Source: Eledone cirrhosa
Lineage: Eukaryota
Length of the DNA: 64,000 bases
Assembly: GCA_964016885.1 (NCBI GenBank)
Contig: OZ024747.1
Coordinates: forward strand, 29,202,001 to 29,266,000
Direction: 5' to 3'
The notes beneath the pieces are model-generated. The model was not told the origin of the DNA. It did not search any database and saw only the letters and a list, made by a program, of their open reading frames with translations. The position numbers and the translations under genes were made by a program. This document shows, one piece after another, positions 62,101 through 64,000 of the stretch (its first letter is position 1; every line of letters begins with the position of its first letter).

Positions 62101-64000
62101 TGTGTGTGTATCTGTGTGTGTTACACGCCGCCGATCCGTCGTCCGTCTTCCAAGTTAGTTTTACGTGTAGACGGCGTGTGTGTCTGTGTGAGTTACACGC
62201 CGCCGATCCGTCGTCCGTCTTCCAAGTTAGTTTTACATGTAGACGGCGTGTGTGTGTGTCTGTGTGTGTTACACGCCGCCGATCCGTCGCCCGTCTTCCA
62301 AGTTAGTTTTACGTGTAGACTGCGTGTGTGTGTGTCTGTGTGTGTTACACGCCGCCGATCCGTCGCCCGTCTTCCAAGTTAGTTTTACGTGTAGACTGCG
62401 TGTGTGTGTGTCTGTGTGTGTTACACGCCGCCGATCCGAAATATTCTCTGTGCGTGTGACACTCTGTCGTCCGTCTTCCAAGTTAGTATTACGTGCGGTT
62501 GTGCGTGTGACACTCTGTCGTCCGTCTTCCAAGTTAGTTTTACTTCTGGTTGTGCGTGTGACGACACTCTGTCGTCCGTCTTCCAAGTTAGTTTTACGTG
62601 TAGACGGCGTGTGTGTGTGTCTGTGTGTGTTACCCGCCGCCTATCCGTCGTTCGTCTTCCAAGTTAGTTTCACGTGTAGACGGCGTGTGTGTGTGTCTGT
62701 GTGTGTTACACGACGCCGATCCGTCGTCCGTCTTCCAAGTTAGTGTTACGTGGAGACGGCGTGTGTGTGTGTCTGTGTGTGTTACACGCGGCCGATCCGT
62801 CGTCCGTCTTCCAAGTTAGTTTTACGTGTAGACGGCGTGTGTGTGTGTCTGTGTGTGTTACACGCCGCTGATCCGTCGTCCGTCTTCCAAGTTAGTTTTA
62901 CGTGTAGACGGCGTATGCGAGTGTCTGTGTGTGTTACACGCCGCCGATCCGTCGTCCGTCTTCGAAGTTAGTATTACGTGCGGCTGTGCGTGTGACACTC
63001 TGTCGTCCGTCTTCCAAGTTAGTTTTACTTCTGGCTGTGCGTGTGACGACACTCTGTCTTCCGTCTTCCAAGTTAGTTTTCCGTGTAGACGGCGTGTGTC
63101 TGTGTCTGTGTGAGTTACACGCCGCCGATCCGTCGCCCGTCTTCCACGTTAGATTTACGTGTAGACGGCGTGTGTGTGTTTCTGTGTGTGTTACACGCCG
63201 CCGATCCGTCGTCCGTCTTCCAAGTTAGTTTTACTTCTGGCTGTGCGTGTGACGACACTCTGTCATCCGTCTTCCAAGTTAGTTTTCCGTGTAGACGGCG
63301 TGTGTCTGTGTCTGTGTGAGTTACACGCCGCCGATCCGTCGCCCGTCTTCCACGTTAGATTTACGTGTAGACGGCGTGTGTGTGTATCTGTGTGTGTTAC
63401 ACGCCGCCGATCCGTCGTCCGTCTTCCAAGTTAGTTTTACGTGTAGACGGCGTGTGTGTGTGTCTGTGTGTGTTACACGCCGCCGATCCGTCGTCCGTCT
63501 TCCAAGTTAGTTTTACGTGTACACGGCGCGTGTGTGTGTGTCTGAGTGTGTTACGCGCCGCCGATCCGCCGTCCGTCTTCCAAATTAGTTTTACGTGTAG
63601 ACGGCATTTGTTTGTGTCTGTAAGAGTTACACGCCGCCCATCCGTCGTCCGACTTCCAAGTTAGTTTTCCGTGTAGACGGCGTGTGTCTGTGTCTGTGTG
63701 AGTTACAAGCCGCCGATCCGTCGTCCGTCTTCCACGTTAGGTTTACGTGTAGACGGCGTGTCTGTCTGTGTGTGTAACACGCCGCCGATCCGCCGTCCGT
63801 CTTCCAAGTCAGTTTTACGTGTAGACGGTGTGTGTGTGTGTCTGTGTGTGTTACACGCCGCAGATCCGTCGTCCGTCTTCCAAGTTAGATTTACGTGTAC
63901 ACGGCACGTGTGTGTGTGTCTGTGTGTGTTACCCGCCGCCGATCCGTCGTCCGTCTTCCAAATTAGTTTTACGTGTAGACGGCATTTGTTGGTGTCTGTG
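29161..64000. repeat. Composite CpG-rich satellite (>34.8 kb, roughly 500 monomers by estimate; continues past the window)
   Basis: Core GTCGTCCGTCTTCCAAGTTAGTTTTAC alternates with spacers to give monomers of ~72-78 bp (GTGTAGACGGC(GT)nCT(GT)nTACACGCCGCCGATCC), 48/51 bp and ~63 bp. All monomers share one orientation. Confidence 0.97.

Noticed and set aside
28936-63664. Hundreds of short Cys/Val/Arg-rich ORFs
   Set aside because: They are translations of the satellite in all frames. Monomer lengths such as 74 and 76 bp break any frame.
29161-64000. CRISPR-like pattern of a constant repeat plus variable spacers
   Set aside because: Spacers come from a few related, reused types rather than being unique. 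There are no cas genes and the context is eukaryotic.
29161-64000. Telomeric repeat or CENP-B box in the core (GTTAG; minus-strand TTGGAAGACGGA)
   Set aside because: There are no tandem TTAGGG/TTAGG units. The essential TTCG and the spacing of the CENP-B box are missing.

Overview
Eukaryotic, repeat-only window with no recognisable host gene. The SINE family and microsatellite load suggest an octopus or other coleoid cephalopod (inference). 1-18.8 kb is a chain of retroelements, each separated from the next only by an (ATT)n tract. It holds two head-to-tail L1/Tx1-clade LINEs on + (APE-RT ORF2 intact), two head-to-tail R4/Dong-clade LINEs on - (RT plus restriction-like endonuclease, disrupted) and a tRNA-derived SINE. 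19-25 kb holds a 5'-truncated Penelope-like element (GIY-YIG) inside nested inverted repeats, plus a hammerhead-like motif. 25-29 kb holds trinucleotide repeats, a 41-bp minisatellite and SINE relics. From 29.2 kb to the end is a CpG-rich composite satellite: a constant ~28-bp core alternating with a small set of hairpin-forming spacers, arranged in nested higher-order repeats. The most notable observations are the two-clade, opposite-strand (TAA)n retroelement array with shared terminal motifs, and the structured satellite with a compensatory base change and an ACTAAC core. The many short ORFs after 19.6 kb, except the GIY-YIG one, are repeat translations.
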